Source: Bacteroidales bacterium
GTDB lineage: Bacteria; Bacteroidota; Bacteroidia; Bacteroidales; BM520
Direction of reading: 5' to 3'
Assembly (NCBI GenBank): GCA_050953245.1
Contig: JBMNMG010000006.1
Location: 2,821-66,820, forward strand
DNA length: 64,000 nt
The stretch's first letter is position 1; the number at the start of each line of letters is the position of its first letter. The notes under the pieces were generated by a model. That model ran no database searches and was not told the DNA's origin. It was given only the letters and a program-made list of their open reading frames with translations. Positions 21,860 through 32,376 of the stretch are shown piece after piece. The position numbers and the translations under genes are program-made.

Positions 21860-21957
21860 AACAATTAGTTTTTAAATTTTTAATAAAATTTTTACAAAGA
21901 TATAATTTAAATAGAAATTTTTATTGTATCTTTATAAAATTATAATAATAATCTAAA

Positions 21958-23928
21958 ATGGGATATATTACTTTTGATAAATCATCGATGGTAAACCTAT
22001 CATTTGGTTTAAACAGAGAGGTTTTACGTACTAATAGAGCAGGTGCTTACGGGTCGAGTACTATAATAGATTGTAATACTCGGAAATATCACGGTTATTT
22101 GGTTGCTCCTCAACCTAATGTTGATAACGATTTGCACGTTTTGCTATCATCGTTAGACGATACTATAATTCAGCATAAAAAGGAATTTAATTTATCTGTA
22201 CACAGATATTCCGACGATAAAGGAGGTTGTTATTTTCCTAAAGGACATAAATATATCAGTGAATTTAATTTAAATCCTGTTCCTTCTATTACTTATAGTG
22301 TTGGTGGTGTAGTGCTTAAAAAGGAGCGTATGAATACTGTTAACGATACTCAATGCATGATAAGATACACACTTTTGAAAGCTCATTCGAAAACAACTTT
22401 AAGGATTAGGCCTTTATTGGCTTTTAGAAGTCGTCATAGTTTATCTAAGGCTAATTTTTATGTAAATAAAAATTATTGGGAAGTAGAAGGTGGTGTTAAA
22501 TTTAAAATGTATGAGAATTATTCAGAATTGTTTTTTCAAATAAACAAGCCATTTGAATACGTTCATGTACCGGATTGGTACTATAATTTTGAGTACGAAA
22601 AAGATAAAGAAAGAGGATACGATTATTTAGAAGACTTATTTAATCCGGGTTTTTTTGATATCCCTTTAGAAGTTGGTAAAAGCGTAATAGTATCTGTAGC
22701 TACTTCGGAATGTAATATTAAAACTTTAAATAGTAAATTCAATAGAGAAAATTCCATTAGAGTCCCAAGGGATAGTTTTTTTAATTGTTTAATAAATTGT
22801 GCCCAACAATTTATAGTAAATAACAATGGAAACTTAAAAGTTATTGCCGGATATCAGTGGTTAGGAGAAATCCCAAGAGAAACTTTTATATCTTTACCCG
22901 GTTTAACATTTGCTCAAAAAAGAGAAGATAGTTTTAGAAAAGTATTAAATGATATGCTTAAAGATATGAAAGACAACAATTTTGAGCAATATTATATTAC
23001 TTCTCAACATACATCTTCCGCAGATGAATCACTATGGTTTATTTGGGCAATTCAAAGATATGCTATTCATTATAAAGCTAAAGCAAAAGATTATATTAGT
23101 AAATATTGGTGGAAGTATATTAAACAAATATTAAATATTTACAAAAAAGGGAATAATGATATATTTATAGATAAGAATAGCTTATTATATCAGTATAAAA
23201 AAGACTCACCTTTAACTTGGATGGATGCAATAGTAGATAATAAGTGTGTAACTCAACGTGGAGGATATGCTGTAGAAATAAATGCTTTGTGGTATAATGC
23301 CATTTGTTTTGCTTTAGATATTGCAAAAACAAGGAATGATCAAAAATTTATTGATGAGTGGGAAGATTATAAAAATAAATTAGGAAATGCAATTGTAAAT
23401 AATTTTTACAATGAAGAAGAAGTTTGTTTATGCGATTATTTTAATAAAGATATTAAGGATTGGACTATTCGACCTAATCAGTTAATTGCAGTTGCATTAC
23501 CTTATTCTCCTTTTAATGATGATATCATTTTAAAAGTAATTAAAAATGTAGAGGCGGAATTATTGACTCCAAGAGGTATAAGAACTTTATCTCCTCGATA
23601 CAGTTATTATAAACCGAAATACGAAGGGAGCCATAATAATAGGGGATTGGCACAACATAACGGAGTGGCATATCCATGGTTATTTATGTTTTATATAGAT
23701 GCATACTCTAAATTGTATGATGAAAAGAGTACTAAAGCTAAAGTGAAAAAAATTATCCAAGATTTTGAACCTGAAATGGCATATGGTGGTTTAGGTGCAA
23801 TATCGGAAGTGTATAATGGAGATCCTCCTTATGAAGGTGGCGGAACTATTTCTCAAGCAGTAAATGTTTCTGCATTACTGTGGTTAATGCATATTTATGG
23901 ATTTAAAAACTTAAAGGAAAAAATATGA
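21958..23928 (+). CDS. Glycogen debranching enzyme (amylo-alpha-1,6-glucosidase, GH133-like)
   Basis: CNTRKYHG, LTWMDA, RGGYAVEINALWYNA, IRPNQ, LLTPRGIRTLSP. Confidence 0.9.
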   Translation: MGYITFDKSSMVNLSFGLNREVLRTNRAGAYGSSTIIDCNTRKYHGYLVAPQPNVDNDLHVLLSSLDDTIIQHKKEFNLSVHRYSDDKGGCYFPKGHKYISEFNLNPVPSITYSVGGVVLKKERMNTVNDTQCMIRYTLLKAHSKTTLRIRPLLAFRSRHSLSKANFYVNKNYWEVEGGVKFKMYENYSELFFQINKPFEYVHVPDWYYNFEYEKDKERGYDYLEDLFNPGFFDIPLEVGKSVIVSVATSECNIKTLNSKFNRENSIRVPRDSFFNCLINCAQQFIVNNNGNLKVIAGYQWLGEIPRETFISLPGLTFAQKREDSFRKVLNDMLKDMKDNNFEQYYITSQHTSSADESLWFIWAIQRYAIHYKAKAKDYISKYWWKYIKQILNIYKKGNNDIFIDKNSLLYQYKKDSPLTWMDAIVDNKCVTQRGGYAVEINALWYNAICFALDIAKTRNDQKFIDEWEDYKNKLGNAIVNNFYNEEEVCLCDYFNKDIKDWTIRPNQLIAVALPYSPFNDDIILKVIKNVEAELLTPRGIRTLSPRYSYYKPKYEGSHNNRGLAQHNGVAYPWLFMFYIDAYSKLYDEKSTKAKVKKIIQDFEPEMAYGGLGAISEVYNGDPPYEGGGTISQAVNVSALLWLMHIYGFKNLKEKI

Positions 23929-25217
23929 GAGTTTTAATGTTTGGATGGGAATTTCCTCCGCATATTACCGGTGGTTTAGGTACTGCATGTTATGGAATGG
24001 TTAAAGGTTTGTATAAAAATGATGTAAAAGTTACTTTTGTAGTTCCTAAAGCTTATAACGATGAAGATACATCCTCAATTAAATTAGTTAATGCGAGTGA
24101 TGTGGAAATAGATGTACGCAATTCTATGTTTTTAGATCAAATTGATAAATTTACGTATATACAAGTTAAATCGTCGTTAATTCCTTATATAGGTCCTAGA
24201 GAGTACGAATCTTATTTAGAAAAACTATCTTCCGGTAATATTCAGAAAGAAAGTAGTATTTATAATCCTAAATATGAGTTTTCAGGGAAATATGGTGCAA
24301 ATTTATATGACGAAGTTGCTCGATATGCATTGGTTGCAACGGAAATAGCCCAAACTGAAGATTTTGATATTATTCATGCACATGATTGGCTTACTTATTC
24401 TGCAGGAATTGCTGCAAAAAAGGCATCAGGGAAACCGTTAGTAGTTCACACTCATGCTACAGAGTTTGATCGCTCAGGCGAAAACGTAAACAGCTTAGTG
24501 TACAATCTGGAAAAAAATGGAATGCAAGCTGCCGATAAAGTTATAGCAGTTAGCAATTTAACTCGAAATATTATTATCAACAAATACGGAATTAATCCGG
24601 ATAAAGTAGTAACTGTACATAATGCCGTGGAACCTGCAGATAATAAAAACATAGAAGATGTAAAAAAGAATGTTAAAGAAAAAGTTGTTACCTTTTTAGG
24701 TAGATTAACATTCCAAAAAGGTCCTGAATATTTTATAGATGCTGCAAAATTAATCTTGGAAAAAGATGAAAATGTCAGATTTGTAATGGCAGGATCCGGC
24801 GATTTAATGGAAAAGTTAGTAGATTATGTAGCAACTTTAGGAATATCTGATAAATTTCACTTCACGGGCTTTTTAAAAGGCGGCGATGTAGATAAAATGT
24901 TTGCTATGAGTGATGTTTTTGTGATGCCATCCGTATCGGAACCTTTTGGAATAGTTCCCTTAGAGGCTATGAATATTAATTTACCGGTAGTAATTTCGAA
25001 ACAATCGGGTGTAGCCGAAGTTTTAGAACATGCATTAAAAGTAGATTTTTGGGATGTAAATGCCATTGCCGATTCTATCTATGCATTACTTCATTATCAA
25101 CCTTTAATAAACATGTATAAAGAGCAAGGTAAAATAGAAGTTATCAACCTAAAGTGGGAAAACGCATCGGCAAAAATAAAAAAAGTTTACAGTGATGTAT
25201 TAACAGAAAAAAATTAA
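23925..25217 (+). CDS. GT4 glycosyltransferase (glycogen cluster)
   Basis: FGWEFPPHITGGLG, HAHDW, QKGP, SVSEPFGIVPLEA. Confidence 0.9.
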   Translation: MRVLMFGWEFPPHITGGLGTACYGMVKGLYKNDVKVTFVVPKAYNDEDTSSIKLVNASDVEIDVRNSMFLDQIDKFTYIQVKSSLIPYIGPREYESYLEKLSSGNIQKESSIYNPKYEFSGKYGANLYDEVARYALVATEIAQTEDFDIIHAHDWLTYSAGIAAKKASGKPLVVHTHATEFDRSGENVNSLVYNLEKNGMQAADKVIAVSNLTRNIIINKYGINPDKVVTVHNAVEPADNKNIEDVKKNVKEKVVTFLGRLTFQKGPEYFIDAAKLILEKDENVRFVMAGSGDLMEKLVDYVATLGISDKFHFTGFLKGGDVDKMFAMSDVFVMPSVSEPFGIVPLEAMNINLPVVISKQSGVAEVLEHALKVDFWDVNAIADSIYALLHYQPLINMYKEQGKIEVINLKWENASAKIKKVYSDVLTEKN

Positions 25218-25220
25218 ATT

Positions 25221-26441
25221 ATGAAACAAATTTGTTTGTATTTAAGTGCTCATCAACCATTAAGATTAAGAACATATCGTTTTTTTGATATGGGAGTAAA
25301 CCATAACTATTACGATGATTTTTTAAATAAATCTTTACTAAAAAAAACAATCAGTAATTGTTATTTACCTGTAAACAATATGCTATTAAACTTAATTGAG
25401 GAGTATGGCGATAAAGTAAAAATATCTTTATCTATTTCCGGTTTATTATTGGAGCAATTAAAGTGGTCTTCTCCGGAAACTATAGAAAGTTTTAAGAAAT
25501 TGGTAGATACAGGTAATGTAGAGATAATTAGCGAGCCTTATAATAATAGTTTAAATAGTTTATTGGAAAATAAAAATTTATTCAAACAATCTATTAAAAA
25601 GCAAAACAAATTATTGAAAGACCTATTTAACGTTAAACCAAAAGTGTTTAAAAACACGGAATTATTATTTTCTGATGATATTGCTGATGTAGTAGAAGAA
25701 TTAGGTTTCGAAGCTCAAATAATAGAAGGTGCTAAACACGTTTTAGGATGGAAATCTCCTGATTTCTTATACTGTAGCGGCAAAAATCCAAGATTAAAAT
25801 TATTGAATAGAAATTCCAATTTAAGTGACGATATTGCATTTAGATTTACGGATTCTAATTGGGATCAATATCCGTTAACAGCAGAAAAATATTTACATTG
25901 GTTAAATGTAAACTTCAATAACGATAAAGGCGAATTTGTTTTATTGGGGATGGAGTATGAAGTACTTGGAAATATTCATACAGTAAATTCTGGAATACAA
26001 GAATTTTTCAAATATTTTATTATAAATATAGCAAAAAGTCAGGATACTAAATTAGTTACACCATCAGAAATTTTGTCAACAAGCAATCCGACAGGTCAGT
26101 TATTTATTCCTGATCCTATTACATGGTCGGATGAAGAAAAAGACATTAACTCTTGGCTTGGTAATGATTTACAAAAAGATGCATTCGAAAAGTTATTTGT
26201 CTTGGCTGATAAAGTTAGCAAAAGTAATGATGATGAAATAATCAAAGATTTTAACTTTTTACAAGATGCTAATAATTGGCTATTTATGTGTACAAAACTA
26301 TTTTCAGCACAAAATAAAAGAATGATAGATAGCCCGTACGATACTCCTTACAACGCATATATTAATTTTATGAATGTAGTATCGGATTTAGCCATAAGAG
26401 TTAACGAATCAAAAAATACTAAGAAATCTTCTAAAAAATAG
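25221..26441 (+). CDS. Glycoside hydrolase family 57
   Basis: HQP motif, NTEL, LSDDIAFRF, WLGNDLQ. Confidence 0.88.
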   Translation: MKQICLYLSAHQPLRLRTYRFFDMGVNHNYYDDFLNKSLLKKTISNCYLPVNNMLLNLIEEYGDKVKISLSISGLLLEQLKWSSPETIESFKKLVDTGNVEIISEPYNNSLNSLLENKNLFKQSIKKQNKLLKDLFNVKPKVFKNTELLFSDDIADVVEELGFEAQIIEGAKHVLGWKSPDFLYCSGKNPRLKLLNRNSNLSDDIAFRFTDSNWDQYPLTAEKYLHWLNVNFNNDKGEFVLLGMEYEVLGNIHTVNSGIQEFFKYFIINIAKSQDTKLVTPSEILSTSNPTGQLFIPDPITWSDEEKDINSWLGNDLQKDAFEKLFVLADKVSKSNDDEIIKDFNFLQDANNWLFMCTKLFSAQNKRMIDSPYDTPYNAYINFMNVVSDLAIRVNESKNTKKSSKK

Positions 26442-26487
26442 ATTATTAGTTGGAAATCATATTTGGTGTTTTTCAACTAATAATCTA
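26439..26487. terminator. Hairpin between convergent genes, probable bidirectional terminator
   Basis: TAGATTATTAGTTG ... CAACTAATAATCTA (14-bp perfect stem). Confidence 0.7.
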
Positions 26488-26531
26488 AGAAAATCAGTAT
26501 ATATTATTTGTTAAAACGAATCAATATATCG

Positions 26532-26840
26532 CTACTCCAATGCTTTTATCGCAGTTTTTGCAACTTGTAGTGCTGTATTTCGATGATCGGCGTAGAGGTT
26601 ATATATTCCGTCTTCACTAAGGACACCGCATTTTAAATCTTGCGGAAAAACGTTTTCATTACTGTCTTTTACATCCTCATGCCATTCGGGACTGCTATAG
26701 TAATCCATCAATCGCTTAAAGTCCGAAATAGTTTCGTCCCATTCCTGACAAGCTTTATCTAAGGTTTGAATTATTGAATGCATTTTATCAAAAATTCGCT
26801 CCATTTCTTCTATGTTTTTTATTCTATCTGATAAATTCAT
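26532..26840 (-). CDS. DUF4298-like protein
   Basis: RIKNIEEME...LMDYYSSPEW...LKCGVLSEDGIYN. Confidence 0.75.
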   Translation of the reverse strand: MNLSDRIKNIEEMERIFDKMHSIIQTLDKACQEWDETISDFKRLMDYYSSPEWHEDVKDSNENVFPQDLKCGVLSEDGIYNLYADHRNTALQVAKTAIKALE

Positions 26841-26947
26841 ATTTGCATTAATTAAAAAACTAATTAATGCGAAGTTACTAATTTTTTAGATTGTTTTTGA
26901 TGATTTTTTAATTTTGCTTTAACATTGATATGTCTGAAGGAAAATTC

Positions 26948-28336
26948 TTATCTTTTTTTAATCCAATCCAACATAACCTTTAAAGCTTTTGGAGAAATAG
27001 TTTGTTCTATAATTGCATATTCTGCCGGTAATCCAGTTTCAGATTCTTGAAATAAATGGTTTAAACCTTTTATTTCTACAATTTTAAAGTTCTTATTTCT
27101 CCTTTTATTTAATGCAGATTTAATTGCGGAAAGATTTTCTTTGGCAGGAACTTGTAAGTCTTTTGAACCGTTAATTGCTAAAACAGGAATATCAACCTTT
27201 TCAAGTACTGTGCTTGGGTCGTGATTGATAAAATATCTCATCCATGGACTTGTTAATTGAGATATTATCATGTTTTTTTGAACTTCTTTTTGATCTGCAG
27301 TAAGAGATGTGTCTTCAGAAAACACTTTCTCAAAATAGTCATCTAGTATAGTTTCTAATGAATCTGCATTTTTATTGTGGATAATTAATTCAATTGCCTT
27401 TCGGTTAATTTCTTCTTTTTTTGCCAATTCTTCATCGCTGTACCCGGAAGCTTTATTTATTGCGTAAGACTGCATTAAAATCAATTCATAGCCCGGAACA
27501 CCTGTTCCTGCCATTAAAACTATATATGAAACATTTTTATTTCGCACTGCAACCATAGGAGCAATAATTCCTCCTTCGCTATGTCCAATTAAGCCTATCT
27601 TATTTTTGTTTATATCATTTCGAGTAAGTAGATAATTTACGGCAGCTTCTACATCATATGATAAATCTTCTGTTGTTGCTGAATTAAAATCTCCCGAAGA
27701 TTCTGCAGTTCCTCTGTCATCAAAACGTAAAACTCCGATTCCATTACGTGTAAGATAATCTGCAATAACTAAAAACGGTTTATGTCCTAATAATTCTTCA
27801 TCTCTGTTTTGTGGACCGCTTCCGCTTATCATTACTGCTACCGGATACTTACCGTTTTTTGAAGGTAAAGTTAACGTCCCTGCAAGAGTAACATTATCCC
27901 TATTATTTGTAAAAACTACATCTTCCGAATAGTATGGAAATGGAGGTGTTGGCTCTTGAGGTCGTTTGATTTCAGCTTTAATAACTTCATTTCGTGTAAG
28001 CTTAAGCGGAATTTCTACTCCCATTTGATTGAAAACACCTTTTATAGTATCATTTTTAAATACTCCTTTGTATTCTGCTCCTATTGAATTGATTTTAATC
28101 GTAAGTTCATTTTCTCTAAACAATGTTTCATCACATGGAATGCCTTCTACTCCTTGATCTGGGCTGTCAAGTTTTGCTGAATAGTCATCATCGTTTTGTT
28201 CTATATTGAATATTATTCTTAACTGCATACCGGGTATTTCAAGAATACCATTCCATTTTCCGGTAATATCTTGTGCAAATGAGGAAGCAAATATTAATAA
28301 ACTTGCTATCAAAATAAGGAAAATATTTTTTCTCAT
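26948..28336 (-). CDS. Secreted alpha/beta hydrolase
   Basis: Signal peptide; GSGPQNRD, GHSEGG nucleophile, KDLQV, LNHLFQ. Confidence 0.9.
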   Translation of the reverse strand: MRKNIFLILIASLLIFASSFAQDITGKWNGILEIPGMQLRIIFNIEQNDDDYSAKLDSPDQGVEGIPCDETLFRENELTIKINSIGAEYKGVFKNDTIKGVFNQMGVEIPLKLTRNEVIKAEIKRPQEPTPPFPYYSEDVVFTNNRDNVTLAGTLTLPSKNGKYPVAVMISGSGPQNRDEELLGHKPFLVIADYLTRNGIGVLRFDDRGTAESSGDFNSATTEDLSYDVEAAVNYLLTRNDINKNKIGLIGHSEGGIIAPMVAVRNKNVSYIVLMAGTGVPGYELILMQSYAINKASGYSDEELAKKEEINRKAIELIIHNKNADSLETILDDYFEKVFSEDTSLTADQKEVQKNMIISQLTSPWMRYFINHDPSTVLEKVDIPVLAINGSKDLQVPAKENLSAIKSALNKRRNKNFKIVEIKGLNHLFQESETGLPAEYAIIEQTISPKALKVMLDWIKKR

Positions 28337-28342
28337 AATTAT

Positions 28343-28909
28343 TTAATTTATTATATGCTTAATCAATATTTTAGAAAAAATTTCTGCAAGTATTAATGCA
28401 ATTGTAAACACAAAACCAACTTTGGAACCCTTACCACCGGTAGAAACCTTAAATCCGTTAAACATCAAGGCAATAAACCATATTGTAATAGGTATGGATA
28501 TTATAGCAAAGATAATTAGAGGAATAGATGAAAAAACGATCATGGGATTTGATAAAATTTCTTCAGTTGACGGATATTGAATAAATAATGAAAAAATTGC
28601 AAGTATTAAATATGGAGCTCGTGCTAATGTCATTGTTCCTAAGATATCTACAAAACGAGTTTTTCTTGCAATCAACAAACTGCCTAAATACATTATTATT
28701 ACTATTGATATCAAATCAATGGCAAGAATTATAAATGCTTGTGATATGGAATGTTCATAAAAGTGTGCGTCAAGAACGCCATCAAAAACCAACTCACCAA
28801 ACCAACCTAAAATACCGGATATAATTACTATAATAATCCCAATAAAAAACGAATGCCAACCTGCAATTTTTACAAATGGATTCCAAATAAGATTAAATTT
28901 ATTTTTCAT
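28343..28909 (-). CDS. Yip1-like membrane protein
   Basis: About 5 TM helices; FDGVLDAH; coupled to the DUF2089 gene. Confidence 0.55.
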   Translation of the reverse strand: MKNKFNLIWNPFVKIAGWHSFFIGIIIVIISGILGWFGELVFDGVLDAHFYEHSISQAFIILAIDLISIVIIMYLGSLLIARKTRFVDILGTMTLARAPYLILAIFSLFIQYPSTEEILSNPMIVFSSIPLIIFAIISIPITIWFIALMFNGFKVSTGGKGSKVGFVFTIALILAEIFSKILIKHIIN

Positions 28910-29162
28910 AATTCTTGATCCTTTCTATTATTTCATTCAACATGTTTCTTACTGTAGGGTAGCTTAATTTTAGTTCAGCAGCCATATCCTTTATACTGCC
29001 GCTATTTTTGACAAATTGTAAAATAAATTTCTGATCTTCATCAGATAGTTGTGCTAATACTGGAAGTTCATATAAACCGCTAACCTCGGTTTCACAATTT
29101 TCACATTGTAACAGTTTAACTTTTAATTGAGCTTTACAACTCGGACATGAAATAGGTAACAT
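28899..29162 (-). CDS. DUF2089 zinc-ribbon plus HTH protein
   Basis: CPSC...CENC, GSIKDMA, SYPTVR. Confidence 0.85.
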   Translation of the reverse strand: MLPISCPSCKAQLKVKLLQCENCETEVSGLYELPVLAQLSDEDQKFILQFVKNSGSIKDMAAELKLSYPTVRNMLNEIIERIKNYEK

Positions 29163-29550
29163 GATTTTTTAATTTATATTAATCAATAATTCTTTATTTT
29201 TTTGCAAATATAATAATATATTTTAATAAATTGAATGTTAAGTTTAATAATATTTATTTTATCTTTAATTATATAAACATCTTGTTTAATATTATTTGTA
29301 TTTGATTGGAATTATTTATTAGATGAAATGATACCAAAAAGTAAAATTTCTGTTATAAAATTAACAAAGAGATGGGGTAGTTGGATTATTCATATTTCAA
29401 TTAAAAATAATATGAATAAAATTGGGAGATATAGTTTTGTTTTTTTGCTATTCAGAAATTTTCAAGGAAAATTTTCTGATGGGGAAGTGTTTAATTTACA
29501 AGTGAAAGATTTTGAAAGTCGGTACTTGTTCCAAACACAATAAATGCTAA

Positions 29551-29584
29551 ATGTCCCCCAGACACCTATGGTTAAGGGGGACAT
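29551..29584. terminator. GC-rich hairpin downstream of the YD-like repeat gene
   Basis: ATGTCCCCC-N16-GGGGGACAT. Confidence 0.45.
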
Positions 29585-30015
29585 CGGATATCACCAATAG
29601 CTTAATATGAAAATATCATCATATTAGTCCTACACATTTTTTTGTTTATTAATTTCTAAGTGTTGATACTCTCTAATACTTGTACTTTCTTTTAGAGATT
29701 CGCTTAGGTGTGCCATCTTCATTGAAATCTGTAGATTGTATCAAATTTCCTTGGTTGTCATATTTATACTCAGATTGAATTTTATAATCAAGTGATTCGT
29801 CTGAATTATAACGGTTTTCTTCAATTAAATTTCCGATATTATCGTAAACATATTTTGTTTTATTTGCATAACCTGAATTAATGCTGCTGCTTTCTTCTAT
29901 TAAGTTTCCTTTATTATCATATACAAATTTTTCTTTATATTCATAATTATAATGGTCCCCTTTTTTAGGACAACAAAATTAAAAACTTAACGTATAAATA
30001 ATTAAAAGTTGTCTT

Positions 30016-30309
30016 ATGGAAAGAAGTTCAAGAAAAAAGTTTAGCTCCTCTTTTAAATCAAAAGTGGCATTAGAAGCTGTTAAGGGGTTAAAAACGATTA
30101 ACGAGATTGCTTCCGAGTACGGATTACAGCCGTCTCAAGTATCAGAATGGAAGCGAGTTCTTATAGAAAATATGCCGGAACTGTTTGAGAGGAAAAGTCA
30201 GTCTAGGGAGAAACATTTTGAAAAAGAGAAGGAGGAATTATTGAAAATCATTGGCAGTTTAAAGGTTGATAATGATTTCTATAAAAAAAAATTAAAACCC
30301 TATCTGTAA
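30016..30309 (+). CDS. IS3 OrfA (HTH)
   Basis: RKKFSSSFKSKVALEA...TINEIASEYGLQPSQVSEWK; A9 run at 30283-30291. Confidence 0.9.
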   Translation: MERSSRKKFSSSFKSKVALEAVKGLKTINEIASEYGLQPSQVSEWKRVLIENMPELFERKSQSREKHFEKEKEELLKIIGSLKVDNDFYKKKLKPYL

Positions 30310-30323
30310 AAGAGCGCAGAGCG

Positions 30324-31226
30324 ATGGTGGATCCCAAGGACCCAACATTAAGCATTGTTAAGCAATGTATTTTGTTATTTATTAGTCGATCAGGGGTTTA
30401 TTATCAGCCTGCTAGTGAGAGCGAGTTAGATTTACAGATCATGTTAGAGATAGATAAATATTTCACTTTATATCCATTTTATGGGACTAGGAGAATGTCA
30501 GACCATTTAAAGGAAAAGGGCTATCATGTGGGAAGAAAAGCGATAAGATCCTATTACATTAAGATGGGAATAGGGGCAATTTATCCCAAAAAGAAGCCCA
30601 ATACAAGTGAACCTAATAAAGAACATAAGGTTTATTCATATCTATTAAGAAACTTGAAAATAGAGCGTAAAAATCATGTTTGGGCAACAGATATTACATT
30701 CATTCCAATGCCCAAAGGACACATGTACCTTTGCGCGATTATAGACCTGTATTCTCGATATGTCCTTTCCTGGAATATTTCAAACACCATGGATACAGCA
30801 CTTTGTATAGGAGTCTTAAAGGATGCACTACAACATCACGGTAAACCAAAAATATTCAATTCTGATCAAGGGAGTCAATTTACTTCTCCTAACTTCACAA
30901 ATATTCTTGAAGATCAAGGTGTTATGATTAGCATGGACTCTGTAGGAAGAGCTTTGGATAATATATTTATTGAAAGATTGTGGAGAAGCGTTAAATACGA
31001 ATGTATTTACCTCAATGCATTTGAAAATGGAGTTCAACTATACCAGGGATTAGAGCAATATTTTAAGTTTTATAATTGCGAAAGGAAACACCAATCACTT
31101 GATTATCAAACACCTGAAAAATTATTTAAAAAAATGTGTAAAACACTTGAAAGTTTCAAAAAGATCTCTAACTTTTGCAAAGTTAAAGATTTAAGTTCTT
31201 TGAAAAATAAAGTATTAACAAATTAA
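30324..31226 (+). CDS. IS3 OrfB DDE transposase (probably OrfAB via -1 frameshift)
   Basis: WATDITF, NSDQGSQF, DNIFIERLWRSVKYE; the -1 frame is open from the A9 run. Confidence 0.92.
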   Translation: MVDPKDPTLSIVKQCILLFISRSGVYYQPASESELDLQIMLEIDKYFTLYPFYGTRRMSDHLKEKGYHVGRKAIRSYYIKMGIGAIYPKKKPNTSEPNKEHKVYSYLLRNLKIERKNHVWATDITFIPMPKGHMYLCAIIDLYSRYVLSWNISNTMDTALCIGVLKDALQHHGKPKIFNSDQGSQFTSPNFTNILEDQGVMISMDSVGRALDNIFIERLWRSVKYECIYLNAFENGVQLYQGLEQYFKFYNCERKHQSLDYQTPEKLFKKMCKTLESFKKISNFCKVKDLSSLKNKVLTN

Positions 31227-32376
31227 AAAAACTGTCCTAATAAAAGGGGACACTTAATATTATCTGAATCACTCCTGCTTACTTCTACTATATTACCTTG
31301 ATTGTCATACAATTTTTTTTCTTTATATTTAATTAATCCCTCTGAATCATACGTGTTTTTTTCTATTAAATTTCCTTTATCATCATATGAATATTTCACT
31401 ATATACTCAGGAGAACCATTTGAATCATATTTGCTATTTTCTATTAAATTTCCGTTATTATCGTATACATTTTTCTCTTTATACTTAATTAATCCTTCTG
31501 AATCATATGTGTTTTTTTCTATTAAATTTCCTTTATCATCATACGAAGATTTCTCTATATACTTAAGAGATCCCTCTGAATCATATGTTATATATTCTAT
31601 TACATTACCTTGATTGTCGTACTCATAAATCGCAATAGATTTATTAGAAAAATCAATGATTCCTTGTATTAAATTTCCCTTATTATCGTATGCATATCTT
31701 GTTCTTTCATTAGTTCCATCATGACAATGATATCTTTTTTCTAATAAATTTCCATTGTTATCGTAAACTAATTTCCATCTCTCTTCAGCAAATTCATAAT
31801 CATCATCTGCTGCACAAATTCTTTCTTCTATTAATTTTCCGTTATTATTGTACGTTAATTTATGTTTATAACCAAATGATCCATCTAGAGAACATTTGAC
31901 TTTTTCTATTAAATTTCCTTTTTCATCGTATACAAATTTCCATATCTCTCCATCTGATAAATCATCATCAGATGAAAACGACAACACGATCTTTTTTCTA
32001 TTAAATTTCCTTTATTATCATACGCATATTTATCTATAGACTCAAACGACCATCTGACTCATACGTGCTTTCTTCTATTAATCTTCCTTTATTTATAACC
32101 ATTTTTTTATATTTTTCTGAATTAATACTATAATGAATAGTATTTTTCATTTTACTATCTCTACAATTTAAGCTTTTGTATCATATTTATTTTGTGCGTA
32201 GGTTTTGCTATGCCTTTTAGGTTTTGTTTTGCCGGCCATTTTACTCCTTTTATTTCATCTAAAATAAAGTTTCTATCCCTAGCTTGTATTATATTTATAT
32301 ATAACAAATATTTCCAAAAATTTATAAAAAATTTCCGTTTCCTGCTTGTATTATTGAAGATTATTACTTTATTTTG

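Larger units (their letters stand above)
29950..31256 (+). mobile_element. IS3-family insertion sequence, apparently intact
   Basis: Imperfect terminal IRs TAATGGTCCCCTTTT-TTAGGACA and TAAGTGTCCCCTTTTATTAGGACA (reverse complement); orfA/orfB arrangement. Ends uncertain by 1-2 bp. Confidence 0.9.
29673..32260 (-). pseudogene. YD-like repeat protein unit C, frameshifted and interrupted by IS3
   Basis: Decayed leader at ~32100-32260; two frameshifts near 31985-32040; repeats YDxKGNLIE at 31257-31987; the 3' part at 29673-29949 (NYEYKEKFVYDNKGNLIEE...YDNQGNLIQ...KYKY*) is not in the ORF track. Confidence 0.8.

Noticed and set aside
29328-29543. 71-aa ORF
   Set aside because: No recognisable motif; it may be a remnant but cannot be supported
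29944-31262. A defined IS3 target-site duplication
   Set aside because: The flanks are AT-only; AAT or TAAT duplications need asymmetric end placement, so none can be called
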